From Lytechinus pictus (lineage: Eukaryota), in contig NC_087245.1 in the NCBI RefSeq assembly GCF_037042905.1, positions 24,244,001 to 24,308,000 of the forward strand: DNA of 64,000 nt, in the 5' to 3' direction. The number at the start of each line of letters is the position of its first letter. The stretch's first letter is position 1. Positions 36,099-48,329 of the stretch are shown piece by piece. Made by a program: the position numbers and the translations under genes. Below the pieces are notes generated by a model. The model worked only from the letters and a program-made list of their open reading frames with translations. It was not told where the DNA came from and ran no database searches.

Positions 36099-36429
36099 CG
36101 GCCTCTCGAGCTCTGGGCGGAATCAAATGTGGCTCTGGAAAGTCGTCCTAAATCGGATATATCGCTGTTACCATAGTAGCAACCAGAATTTTGCACACGG
36201 AACGCAGATTGAATGTTTTCGTTCAGATGCGAAACGAAAAAAATCTCATGTCACACAATATGCATTGCAGGACAGAGTTTCACGACCATGACGACGGGCC
36301 CAAAAGTCTCTTCCAAAATCAACTACCGTTGTAAATAAGCGTTCGCGTTCCTGAACGAAAGGTCGGGACTGACAGTTCGACGGATTAAAATAAACTATGA
36401 TGTCGAATAGGATTAAGGCTATTATTTGA

Positions 36430-36920
36430 TATTACACAGGAGGCCTTTGGTCCTTTGTCGGCAAGGTGTCGTCATCTCGTTTATACTTAAAATTTATTTA
36501 AAGAACCTAGATCAGTGTGACATATGAAAAACTGTTCAGTGATACAGAGGTTACATCTTTTTGAGGCAATTGAGTAAGCTTCGCACTTCCTTGATATTTT
36601 CCAATGGATGGAATATGGTATGTCGCTGTCTTTTAATGTCCATACGTATTGACTGAGGGTGGTGGTGATCCTTTACTGCTTGTTGTTGAAGCTGCTTGTG
36701 TGGTTATATCTCGTTTTGAATGTGTTCTCGGTGTGACCAGTATATGTTTCAATTTTGTTATTGTACTCCCTTGTGACTGTGGCTTGGTAGACAACGCTCT
36801 TGGCAAGACATTTTCCTTCAATTTGACATTGTGCGGGGTTTCTGCAGTTGCATTCACTGTTGTTTTTCATTGTGTCGTCTTGTGTTCTATGTTTGCTCAG
36901 TATCTGTTTATTGTTTGGGG
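36430..36920 (-). mobile_element. Degenerate Penelope-like retroelement fragment (GIY-YIG endonuclease region)
   Basis: CNCRNPAQCQIEGKCLAKSVVYQATV...ETYTGHTENTFKTRYNH, then after a stop ...YSIHWKI..KCEAYS..SKRCNLCITE, the characteristic PLE endonuclease C-terminus. Contains stops and frameshifts. Confidence 0.75.
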
Positions 36921-36971
36921 TGCCTCTTGGGGGGGGGGTGGGCGGGGGACGGTTGGATGTGCCCCTCCCTG

Positions 36972-37806
36972 CAGTGGCGTAGCTACGGGGGGGCTGGGGG
37001 GCACGTGCCCCCCCCCCCCCCCTGAAAAAAAAGGAAAGAAAAAAGGGAGAAGAAAATAAAAAAAGGAAAAGAAAAAGGAAAAGAAGAAGAAAGACAGAAG
37101 AAAAAAAGAAGAAGAAAATAAGAGGAGGAAGACGAGTGATTGAAATAATGTAATTAAGAAAAAACAAATCTTTTTATGTTACTATATACAATTTTTGCTG
37201 GCGCTTCGCGCCAGAATTGCCTGTTCGATGAGATTCATATCTTGCTCAATAGGCTGATATGGAGCAAGTTTTGAAGTCAATATGCAAAACATATTTTAGC
37301 TCGACATCGAGCTTTCATTATTTTTTTTCATTTACAAATTTAAGTGCTCTGTAAAATGTCCGTTTTGTGGTCTACATATATCAGCATTTTTAAGCTCACT
37401 GTAACTGTAAGCAGTCCTTAACAGGTCCCTTTTCGATAATGCTAGAACAGTTGATAAAAATTTCTGTTCGCGCTTGGCGCTCGCAGTAGCCATCTAGTTA
37501 CATACGAATCTTGTTCAGGATCACACATAACATTGCCCAGAAAATTAAATTAAAAATACATGAAAGTAAAAAAAAAAATTGCTCGCGCTTCGCGCTCGCA
37601 CTTTTTATCAGGCTTATGAGATTATTTCATGTTTATGTTGTTTTATAAGAATAAAACTAAGAAGTGACTGATATAGATGAAGATAATTTCGGGCCCCGTC
37701 CCCTATTGGCGAAAGTCGGATCCGCCCTTGTGACACATACACACACACACACCGGAAAATGGTCGGTGCCCCCCCCCCCCCGGGAAAAATCCTAGCTACG
37801 CCACTG
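36972..37806. mobile_element. hAT-type non-autonomous element
   Basis: 8-bp TSD cctccctg; TIR cagtggcgtagcta / tagctacgccactg. Confidence 0.88.
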
Positions 37807-38827
37807 CCTCCCTGTATTCACCACTGGGTTAGTCAGATGTATTGAACACCACTTACCTCCTGATCAGCTGATTTGTCCCCATGTAATGACTGAGCGGGCC
37901 AAATCTAGCATGAGACTCGTAAATATCCGAGTATTCCAGAACTCCATGACTAAAGGTAGACTGGACATAACCTTTTAGGGCTTTTGTTGGGGAATGTTTA
38001 GATTCTAATATTTTTTATTCAGCCTCTGGAGAGCAACTTTTTAAAAGTCCGAGTTACGTCTTGAAGCAGGAATCCCGCAACGAAGGCACTACAAGTCTTT
38101 TCATTTTGCATTCCCCATTATTTTGTTCATTATGAACAGTGAGGATTTCCCTAAAAGGATTTCTGCAGGAAAACGTGGTGCTGACTTTTAGAAAGGCGCC
38201 TTACATGACTTTGTACAGGTGTGTTGAACAATTTTGGAGCTGATCTCTAGCTGTTGATATGCCTTAAAATGCGGTCACAGAGCTTCATACGAATCTCACT
38301 GGTGACTGGTCATATGAATTCTTTGCAGTTTATTGCCAAAGTTTCCCAATCTTGGTGCACATATACATGTAGCTTATCACTTAAACTTCAAGAATGATAG
38401 CTTTGAAAAATCTTGTTTGAATATTTATTTATGAATATATGATAACTAATTACCTGTATATATGCAAATATATGTAAAAATGTTCATGGAATTCTAATGT
38501 TTTTCATTTGCGTTATTGTTTTCAGCAAGTTTGTTCAGCTTTTTAGTCAACATCTCTGTTATTATAGATGGCATAGAAGGAATAAAGTTCGTCATATTTT
38601 AGTTGTTTTTATTGTATATCTGATTAATTATGCATACACTGTACATGCAAATTTGGGAGTCAAGATTTTCCATGCATTCATTTGTTTTTAAATTCCTATG
38701 TATTTCTTTATTTTGTAGTCCGTTTATTATTTCATACATCTAGAGCTTATTAACACAATCACCATTCATTTGATCTTATGATAAACGTGGGGAATTTACA
38801 TGTAGTTTTGGAAGGACATTCATTTAA

Positions 38828-39677
38828 AGGACAAGTCCACCCCAACAAAAAGGTGAATTAAATAAAGGAGAAAAATCCAACAAGCATAACACTGAAAATT
38901 TAATCAAAATCGGATGTAAAATAAGTTTCACTAAAACAATTACATGTATATGCACATCCTGGTCAGTATGCGAATGAGGGGACTGATAACGTTACCCACT
39001 CACTATTTTTTTTTGTATTTCATTATATGAAATATGAAATACTTTAATTTCGTCCTCATTGTCATGTGAAGAAAAGATTTATTCCTCCCTGACCATGTGG
39101 ATAAACACTGTCTTGACATTATGTGGTTTAGTCAAGGTGGTCATTATTGCCAAACCTGTAAAAAATGAATAATGATAAATATTGTATAATTCAAACAATA
39201 AAAAAAACAAAAGAAATAGTGAGTGGGGGACATCATCGACTCTCACTTTGCACATTTGCATATCAATGAGTTGTGCATATAACTGTTTTGTGAAAAATTA
39301 GCAAAACTTTAAAATGTCATAACTTTCTTATTTTACATCCGATTTTGATTGATTGATTGATTGCATTTATTCTTTTTCATTCCAAAATTTAACAAAAGTT
39401 ACAATGTATAGCAAAACACAAAAATATAATATACAGAAATGATAAAAGGGAACCCACTGGAAAGCAAAGCTTGTTAGTATGGGTTCCCTGCAATAAATAG
39501 TTAACTAAAGTATATCTTTGATCAATGAAATTCAAATCGTAAATTAAAAAGGTTTGTACAATGAAAAAGAATACTAGTGGGGTCAAGCTTTTTATGCCTA
39601 CTATGTTACAATTAACAAAAAATATAATATGATGAAATGTTTTGTGTTGTGCTTCTTTTCTGGGGTGGACTTGACCT
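38828..39677. mobile_element. Kolobok-like MITE with an internal insertion
   Basis: TTAA|aggacaagtccacccc ... ggggtggacttgacct|TTAA; same family as 18582-19175. Confidence 0.8.
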
Positions 39678-40152
39678 TTAATCAATAAAAAAACACAGGC
39701 GAAAATGTTTTTATTTGGGGTGCGCATCACAGAAATATGTTATTTTATCAACTCTGAAACATGCACCTGATTTTTACAGAATAGCCTCAAGTCAAAATAT
39801 GTGCAAGGTGCCGAGGTTTAAAAAAAACAGTAATGATGTCTAAGCAAACATACAAAAGATTGTGTTGCAGAGTGATTGCGAAAAAATTGTGGGGGCTGTT
39901 TTCTCAGACCCCTTCTCTATCTTTTTTAGTAAAGAGCATAAACTTGTGGTAAACTCAGATTAATGATCTGTTGAAACTAAAACTAACTTTGAAATTCTTT
40001 TTGCACAATTAATAACCTAAAAACATAATCAAGACTATAATAAATTTATAGAAATTTTGCCGGAAAAAAAAGTATCAGAGAAAGTTATGGCAAATATTAA
40101 TGAATGAAAGTAAGAGTCTTTCCTGTGTTTTGTTTGTCATATCTTGTATCAC

Positions 40153-40359
40153 CTGTATGGGATTATTGTGTATTGATATTTACCAATATTCATTCATACA
40201 TGTATTGAAGAATTTCTGTATCTGTATGGGATTATTGTGTATTGATATTTACCAATATTCATTCATACATGTATTGAAGAATTTCTGTATCTGTATGGGA
40301 TTATTGTGTATTGATATTTACCAATATTCATTCATACATGTATTGAAGAATTTCTGTAT
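40153..40359. repeat. 69-bp minisatellite, 3 copies
   Basis: ctgtatgggattattgtg recurs at 40153, 40222 and 40291. Confidence 0.95.
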
Positions 40360-41974
40360 TTGTAGAACTTTGTCATTTATTTGAAAAAAATATATATTAT
40401 ACTTTGACTATTTTTGTTAATGTAACCCTAGCAAGGATAGATATGCTTAAGATCTGGAAGAACACTTAAAATTATCTCAAGAAGCATCTGTTATGTAGAT
40501 ATGATTGTCTACACAGTCATAATCTATTTTTACAAATTTTGAATAACCAAATGTCATTATTATGAAGTAACTATGAAATTTCTTACCTTGTTTTACACGT
40601 GTCTTTGTAATGTATGTCTTATAGTACTATGACTCCCCCCCCCCCCCCGAAAAAAAAACAAAAAAATCTAATGTAAAGGTTGTTATTATTTTTATTGGTA
40701 TTTATTTCAACATGTGTACCACAATATTTGTTGAATGTGTTTTATATAAATGTTTGTAAAGTGTTGTGTGAATACATCAGATTTGCAATTTGTTTTAATA
40801 ATGTGTGCTGCATTATCCCAGAAGATAGGGATACAGGTATATCATAAATACATCATATCATTCATTAGGAAGAAAAGAAGGGGTAAAGTTTATGGGAGGG
40901 GAATAGGGATCCGATAATAAAAGAAGAATGATCGTGATGATTCAATCGAAATTTTAATGATTATAATAATGGTAATGATAGTGCTAATGATAATGATGTT
41001 ATTGTAAATGATGATGATGATGATATAGTTCCTAGATGATTGTAATATTGATGATTATAACCTATACAAGGCATTTTAGCAGATGAATAAATGTCATATT
41101 TTGCTCGCTTCTTTCAATCCGAGACCGACGAGGTAAACATTTGCCATGTTGCCCTTCCCGGGCTTTGCCCATAGGAATCCTTGGCACTCGCATTTGATGA
41201 CTATGGTGAGATATATACTCTTAATGGATTCCTTTTAAAAAAAGTCCTTAAAACATCCCTGTTTGGGGTCAATATATACAAAAATGTCAGCTCGCGCTTC
41301 GCGCTCACAATGTTTGTTTAGCTAGACAGGTACGTATCATGATTACAAATATTTGCTTATAATGCTCTTTTTAGGTCTGAATATCAAAAATATCAGCTCG
41401 TAGCTTCGCGCTCGCATTATTTGATCAGTGACATACATATCCGTTTAATGGCACTGTCCTTAAAATGTCTTAGGTCAGTATACCTAGCAACTAAGCGCGA
41501 AGCGCGCTCAAAGTGACTCAAATTTTTTGCTGGTGCCCCCAACCAATGCCGTAACCCACGGTTCGACACTGGTTATAAGTAATAATGATATGGAAAATCA
41601 CAGATGGTGATAATGATGGGGCTAATAACAATCTTGCAAGTCCGTTTGCCATATACCACTTACATCTAACAGAAACTGGTAATTATGAAAACTTTGAACT
41701 ACTGCATGCTGCTCAATTTCTTAAATGTATTTTTTTTAATGTGATACAGTGTTATAGTACACGTATGTATTCCATATTTCATTCATGAATCCTGTTCCAG
41801 TATGATCCATTCCAAAGTAAAAAAAAATGTAATAAAAGTTTAATTTATATGGTGCTACTTTTACCCCAGTTTTAGCTCGAGCTGCCTGTACTTTGTTGGT
41901 AATTGCTTTTTTTTCTTCATACATTTGCACTGCAGTCATGTCGAGCTTGCATGTTATAAAGATGATTTTCTCGT

Positions 41975-42199
41975 GAGGTGTTGTGGCTCAGTGGATAAGT
42001 CTCCAGGATTTGAACCACAAGGTCCATAGTTCGATTCCCACAGCGGCTGGACGTTTATGTGCTTTTGCTACTCTCCACCCAGGTGCAGTAAATGGGTACC
42101 TGCTCAGTAGCTGTGCTAAAGCTGTGGTAATAGTATGCAGCACTTAAAAACATTGTATTAAAGGCTATATAAGTGTTGCATATTATTATCAATTATTAT
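41975..42199 (+). mobile_element. tRNA-derived SINE
   Basis: Box A tggctcagtgg, box B gttcgattccc, body cacccaggtg..taaatgggtacc, (att)n-like tail. Second copy at 57607-57883. Confidence 0.75.
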
Positions 42200-42792
42200 G
42201 AGAGTAGTTTTAATGTTTGGATACCCTTCTCAATGCAGCCCAATTTACATAGTGCATTCGTTGATTTTATTTTTGTTTTAAATTCAGAACGTTATGAAGA
42301 AAATTTGTATTGTCCAACAGTACGCAAATTGCGACACAGTACTAACTAAATAAATATGGATGATAATGGTAATTGTGTGTTTTTGTGAGAGTATTCATTG
42401 GAATGACATACTCCTGTTGTGTTGATCATTGTGTGTTGAATGTTAAAAAGTGATACTCCAGGCTGAAAATCATATGATTTGAACATGAAGAAATGTTGGT
42501 GAGGAAGTGGGGTTGTGAGATTAAGGGGAGGTATTTGAATACTGGAAAAGATGGAGAAAAAAATTATTACGTGAATCACGACGATTTGATACAATACAGT
42601 CGATCCTTGGACCCTTTGCATTTTAAAATATATTATACCACTTTAAGTGAAGCTGCACATAATAATTATTAAGTACAAATTTCATTTCAATACACACCAA
42701 TAGTCACACCCACGAAACCGACTCCAGACGACAAAAGCAATGCGTTATAAGTGTGGTTGTATTACAAAGTACAAGCCAAGCGCACACAGTTA

Positions 42793-43292
42793 CACTTCGT
42801 AATTCCGAAGGTTCTTTATTCCGAAGGTTCGTAATTCCGAAACACGTAAATTGCGTATATACCACGATGTTCGTTAGTCCGAAAACGTAAAAGGGTTCGT
42901 TAATCCGAACATTTGAGGCGTTATTCCGAAGGTTCGATAATGCGAAAGCGGAATAAGGTTCGATGTTCCGAAGGTTCATTAATCCGAAAACGAAATAAGG
43001 TTCGTTGTTCCGAAGGTTCGTTAATCCGAAAACGAAATAAGGTTCGTTGTTTCGAAAACGAAATAAGGTTCGTTAGTCATTTCGTTTTCGGACTAACGAA
43101 CCTTCGGAATTACGAACCTCATTTCGTTTTCGGATTAAGGAACCTTCGGAATTACCAACCTCACTTCTTTTTCGGACTAACGAACCTTCGGAATTACGAA
43201 CCTCATTTCGTTTTCGGACCAACGAAACTTCGGAATTACGAACCTTCGGAAATACGAATCTTCGGAATAACGAACATTCGGAATTACGAATG
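42793..43292. mobile_element. Foldback element of short tandem repeats
   Basis: Left-arm ttccgaaggttcgt repeats invert to acgaaccttcggaa repeats at ~43075; flanked by TA. Confidence 0.8.
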
Positions 43293-45173
43293 TATGCGAG
43301 CGCACACGATGCGAATCGCTACGATCCGAATTACAAGAAATTGTAATAACATTTGGTATGGACATTCATACAAATGAAATCTTTGCGATCAGAGATAAGA
43401 ATAGTGGTAAGACGACTAAAATCAAAATCCAGTCAAGTTATAGTCTCCCTGAAGGAATAAAAGCAAATTCAATTCCAAATCGTTATCGGCAGCGAATTGA
43501 AGCAGATTTGGACTTTACTCCGACCACAGGGCTTGCCGCAAAGCAAAATTATGATTTTATTATTCCTAACATGATGCCGAACTTCAAGTAAAATAGATTT
43601 ACTTCTTGGAACTTTCATTTTTCATGCAAAATGCGAATTATTAAAAAAAAATCGCGTCGTATAGACCAGTTCGTAGTTACTTCTGGGCAATTTTGGTCAA
43701 ATGACCTTTCATTTCTTTCATTATGATAGGCAGATTTCAAAGCAAGATATTACGTAAGCTTGCCTTACATAGCAGGATGAAGAAATTGAATAGACCAGGT
43801 GACTAGAATAGCACACAAATTTGTTGCATTCCTACTTTGAATGCATATCATAGCTTGTTGCACAATGTACTTGGCAAACTGTGAAATACCAGTCGTTCGT
43901 GGACGCATTGTTGTTTTTTGTGGATGTAAATGAAAACCACAATTCAAAAGAATATATGAATAATCAAGACATCAAAGTTGGTGCTTATCTCATTAGATTT
44001 TAAACCACCATGTCACTTTAGTACAAATGACCTTCCTCTGATCGTGCGTAGAATCTTTTGATCATGCGCAGAAAGGAACTACGAACTGGCTTATTGGATC
44101 GTATAGTGTGCACTGGGCTTTATAAGTACACACCGTGCTTAAGAAATTAGATGATTTTATACATTGTCTATTAAAGTTAATACATGGATCAAGGCAAATG
44201 GCGAACGTAGTAATATATCACCAGACACTTGTTGAATATCTCAGTAATTTGGTTAATATAAACGTGCATCAATACAATATTGTTTGATACACGGTGGTCA
44301 TGGAACATTATTTTATAAGCATTGAAGAAAAAAGTATTAACCATGAATAAGTACATGTGTAGCCTCAAGAGAATCTTAATGCACCACCACAAACGATTAT
44401 ACATTATTATCATTATTATACATTACTTCCATGGTAGCATTCAGCGAGGATGGAAAGGGAGCAATCCCCCCCCCCCCCCCGACTAAAAAAAGAAAAGAAA
44501 AGAATCTGCGTACGGCCATGATGTCATGCCTTTTTTATATTTATGATTTTCAAAGGTATAATAATTCCACTATTCCGCTACTAGATTGTCTGAAACAGGC
44601 AAAAGGAAAAAACGTTCTTCATTAATAGTGCATTTGAATTCTCCAAAAATGTAAGAGTAGATATAAAATGCATAGATAGAATTGAAGTAACCTAATTGCG
44701 ACTTGTACCAAAATAAACCATTGTAATAAAAAAATCTTATGTAAATCAAGGAAAGATTCAATGTCATGGATGGATGAGTTACAAAAAATAAGAGCATTAA
44801 TTTTCAGTTGTCTTTTACAATTACAATCCAGATAAATGGAGTTTGCAAACATATCCTTAAGTAGAAGTTACATCTGGTGGGAGTTTCATAAAGCTGTTCT
44901 TAAGTTAAGAGCGACTTTAAGAACGGCTGGCGATCCTTTTTTACGCGAAAAAACCATCGTCAGTGGTGTATATACCATTTACCAAAAGAAAGGATCACCA
45001 GTCGTTCTTAAAGTCGCTCTTATCTTACGAACACCTTTATGAAACACCCACCAGGACTTCATCTCTATCAAGTTAATTCTAAACCCTACAGAAAACTTGC
45101 ATTTGTAATAATGAAATGCATTGACAAAAATAACGAAAAATACGATTATTAACAATATCTACTGTATATGTAT

Positions 45174-45988
45174 GAAGAGTTTAGTTGCAAAAGGGTTCGG
45201 TCCACTTTTTACCATTCTGAGAAAAACCATGTTTTTTATTTTCACTTACTGCAATACTCTTACGAGAAACTAAATTGTCATGATGTACTACCCTATCATG
45301 TGAACATAAACTTGGGTATAAAAGAAATCTACCTGTCTCCATTTTTTCTATATATATATTCTTTAAAAAATTATCATTGTGGACCTAACCCCTTTAGCAA
45401 CTAAACTGAAATGAATCCAATCTATTTTGATTGAAAAGGTGATTTTTCTTTACCACTTTTGTTCACGTTTTCATGTGAATTTTTTTTTTTTTCATCAGAA
45501 CGACAAAACATTTAGAAGTTTTGAGACAGAACACAATAAAAATTTATGAACAATGGACCTAACCCCTTTTGACAAATGAGCTCTTCAGAATAGTTTGTTT
45601 GCAAAAGGGGTTAGGTCCACTCCACGAAGATCATTTTTTTTTATCCTCCCATATTGCAATAAAAAAATCTTAATTTTCGTGATACCCTACCATGAGAACA
45701 TAAAATTGGGTATAAAAGAAATCCATCTGTCTTCATAATTTTGTAAATATTCATTTCCGAAAAAAAATCTGTGTGGACCTAACCCCTTTTGCAACTAAAC
45801 TGAAACGGACCTAACCCCTTTTGAAAAAAAGTGGTTTTTATTTGCCATTTTAGATCACTTTTTAATGGGAATTTCAACTTTTCTTTGGTATCATCTTAAA
45901 GAGCTCCTAAAAGTCTATGCATTTAGACAAAAAAAAAAATCAAATTTGATGAAAAATGGACCTAACCCCTTTTGCAAGTGAGCTCTTC
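45174..45988. mobile_element. Two adjacent related TIR units (gaagag..ttgcaaaaggg / ggacctaacccctttt..gagctcttc)
   Basis: ggacctaacccctttt is repeated; inverted ends at 45174, ~45586 and 45988. Confidence 0.6.
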
Positions 45989-46957
45989 ATATGTTGAGAG
46001 TATTTAGTCCAAATACACGTCCACCGACAGAGAACTTTCAAAGAATGTACCGGCGATATGAGCTACAAAATAATAAAGTTGTTTGGCGTTTCTCAATATA
46101 TTCAAGGACGGACAAATTGCATATATCCTTTACTGATCCGCCTCAACTGTTTACTAATTTACATTTATAAAGGGGAAAACAACGAGAGTGTTGGTTTCGG
46201 TGATTTACACTTTGGCATGATTATATTAGTCCGGGGGCTGGGGGAGTTTATTCAGCTGATCGGGTACAAAAGGTTTGATGGTCCCAACATGTTGGCATGA
46301 TATCAGTGGTCAAGGAAATATGTTGCTGCCGGGTCATATCCTGTACGAAAGGCCCAGAGGACCCCATTTTTGTCGGCCATCTTGGATTTTTCATGAAAAT
46401 CAATTATTTTCAATTTTTCGCACAAACAAATGAAAAAAAAAAAATACGCATTTCACAATGATTTAGATAGTATAAATCGATTGCAATCGTTTGCTAAACA
46501 GTCCTGTTAATATTTTTTGATAAATGTAAGAATTTATGCCAAAATTTCCATGTTTTTAGGCAAAGATTTGCATGTGCATTGATATCTTTCTGTTTTGTCA
46601 TTAATATCAACAATTAATGCAAAATATCAGCACTCTACACGAAAGAGGATATATTAACGAGAACATTGATATGCTTCATGACCGTATTAATGTCTTAACT
46701 TGCTTATATATAGGGAAAATACCCGCAAATGTATTCCCCGATATTGCGATAAAATGACACCAAAAAGCAACCTCCGTCATAGTCACACTAGAGATACCGA
46801 CTACAATGCGCTCGCTGGCTTGCCTTTCAAAAGAGTACAATAGACTCGATCGGTCTTGCCTCACCTTTGTTGGTGTGACTAGCGCGCATAAATGCATGTA
46901 ATTAGCGTCGCGTTAGAAAAGTGTATATTACATATATGGGTATGGGGGCAAAAGGCG

Positions 46958-48150
46958 TTTTTGTCTCGCCTGCATAGCAGAGCGAGACTATAGGCGCCGC
47001 TTTTCCGACGGCGACGGCGGCGGCGGCGGCGGCGGCGTCAACATCAAATCTTAACCTAAGGTTAAGTTTTTGAAATGACATCATAACTTAGAAAGTATAT
47101 AGACATAGTTCATGAAACTTAGACATAAGGTTAATCAAGTATTACTGAACATCCTGCCTGAGTTTCAGGTCACATGACCAAGGTCAAAGGTCATTTAGGG
47201 TCAATGAACTTTGACCATGTTGGGAGAATTATTTTCAAAATCTTAACCGAAGGTTAAGTTTTTGAAATGACATCATAACTTAGAAAGTGTATGGACCTAG
47301 TTCATGAAACTTGGGCATAAGGTTAATCAAGTATTAGTGAACATCCTGCTCGAGTTTCAGGTCACGTGACCAAGGTCAAAGGTCATTTAGGGTCAATGAA
47401 CTTTGGTCAAGTTGGGGGTATTTGTTGAATTACTATCATAACTTTAAAAATTTATGGATCTAGTTCATGAAACTTGGACATATAGTTAATCAAGTATTAG
47501 TGAACATCCTTCCTGAGTTTCAGGTCACATGACCAAGGTCAAAGGTCATTTAGGGTCAATGAACTTTGGCCAAGTTGGGGGTATTTGTTGAATTACCATC
47601 ATAACTTTGAAAGTTTATGGATCTAGTTCATGAAACTTGGACATTAGGTTAATCAAGTACCACTGAATATCCTGTGCGAGTTTCAGGTCACATGACCATG
47701 GTCAATGGTCATTTAAGGTCAATGAACTTTGGCCGTGTTGGGGGTATTTGTTAAATTACCATCTGAAAGTTTATGGATCTAGTTCATAAAACTTGGGATA
47801 TAAGAGTAATCAAGTATCACTGAACATCCCCTGTGAGTTTCAGGTCACAAAACCAAGGTCAAAGGTCAGTTAAGGTCAATAAAATTAGGCCATGTTGGGG
47901 TAATTGTTGAATTGCCATCATTACTTTGAAAGTTTATAGATAGAGTGAATGAAATGTGGACATGGGTGTAGTTGACAAGTCTTAAGTCACCGTTCAAATG
48001 TCATTTATGGTCAATGAACGTGGTATTAATATGTCATTATATGAATGGTGTTTTTGTGAATGATTATTTTATAGTATTTTTCAAAGTTAGCACTGCTGCT
48101 ATATTAAATTGCGTAATGCAGGCGAGACTGCCAGAGGCGTTCCACTTGTT
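46958..48150 (+). mobile_element. Helentron-associated (HINE-like) element with ~162-bp internal tandem repeats
   Basis: ttttt-gtctcgcctgc...gcgagac 5' hairpin, (gcg)n run, five ggtcacatgaccaaggtcaaaggtca-type units, 3' gcaggcgagac...cacttgtt. Confidence 0.7.
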
Positions 48151-48329
48151 TACATATTAAATAACTTTTATGTTAATGAAACCTCTTGGAAAAAGTAAGA
48201 GGAGGCATTGCTCTGCATGTCGCAAGCAATTACATTCGGGCACCTTAAAACATAGTCCCGCAAGAGCCTGTCGAAGGTACCCCACCCTTATCCGAAGCTT
48301 GACTATTAAAATATCTTGCCTTTTGGAGC

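Noticed and set aside
40100..40384. ORF with three 23-aa repeats
   Set aside because: By-product of a 69-bp minisatellite; no splice or domain support.
42793..43292. CRISPR-like repeat array / 154-aa repetitive ORF
   Set aside because: There are no unique spacers, the repeats invert at the centre, the context is eukaryotic and no cas genes are present. It is a foldback transposon.
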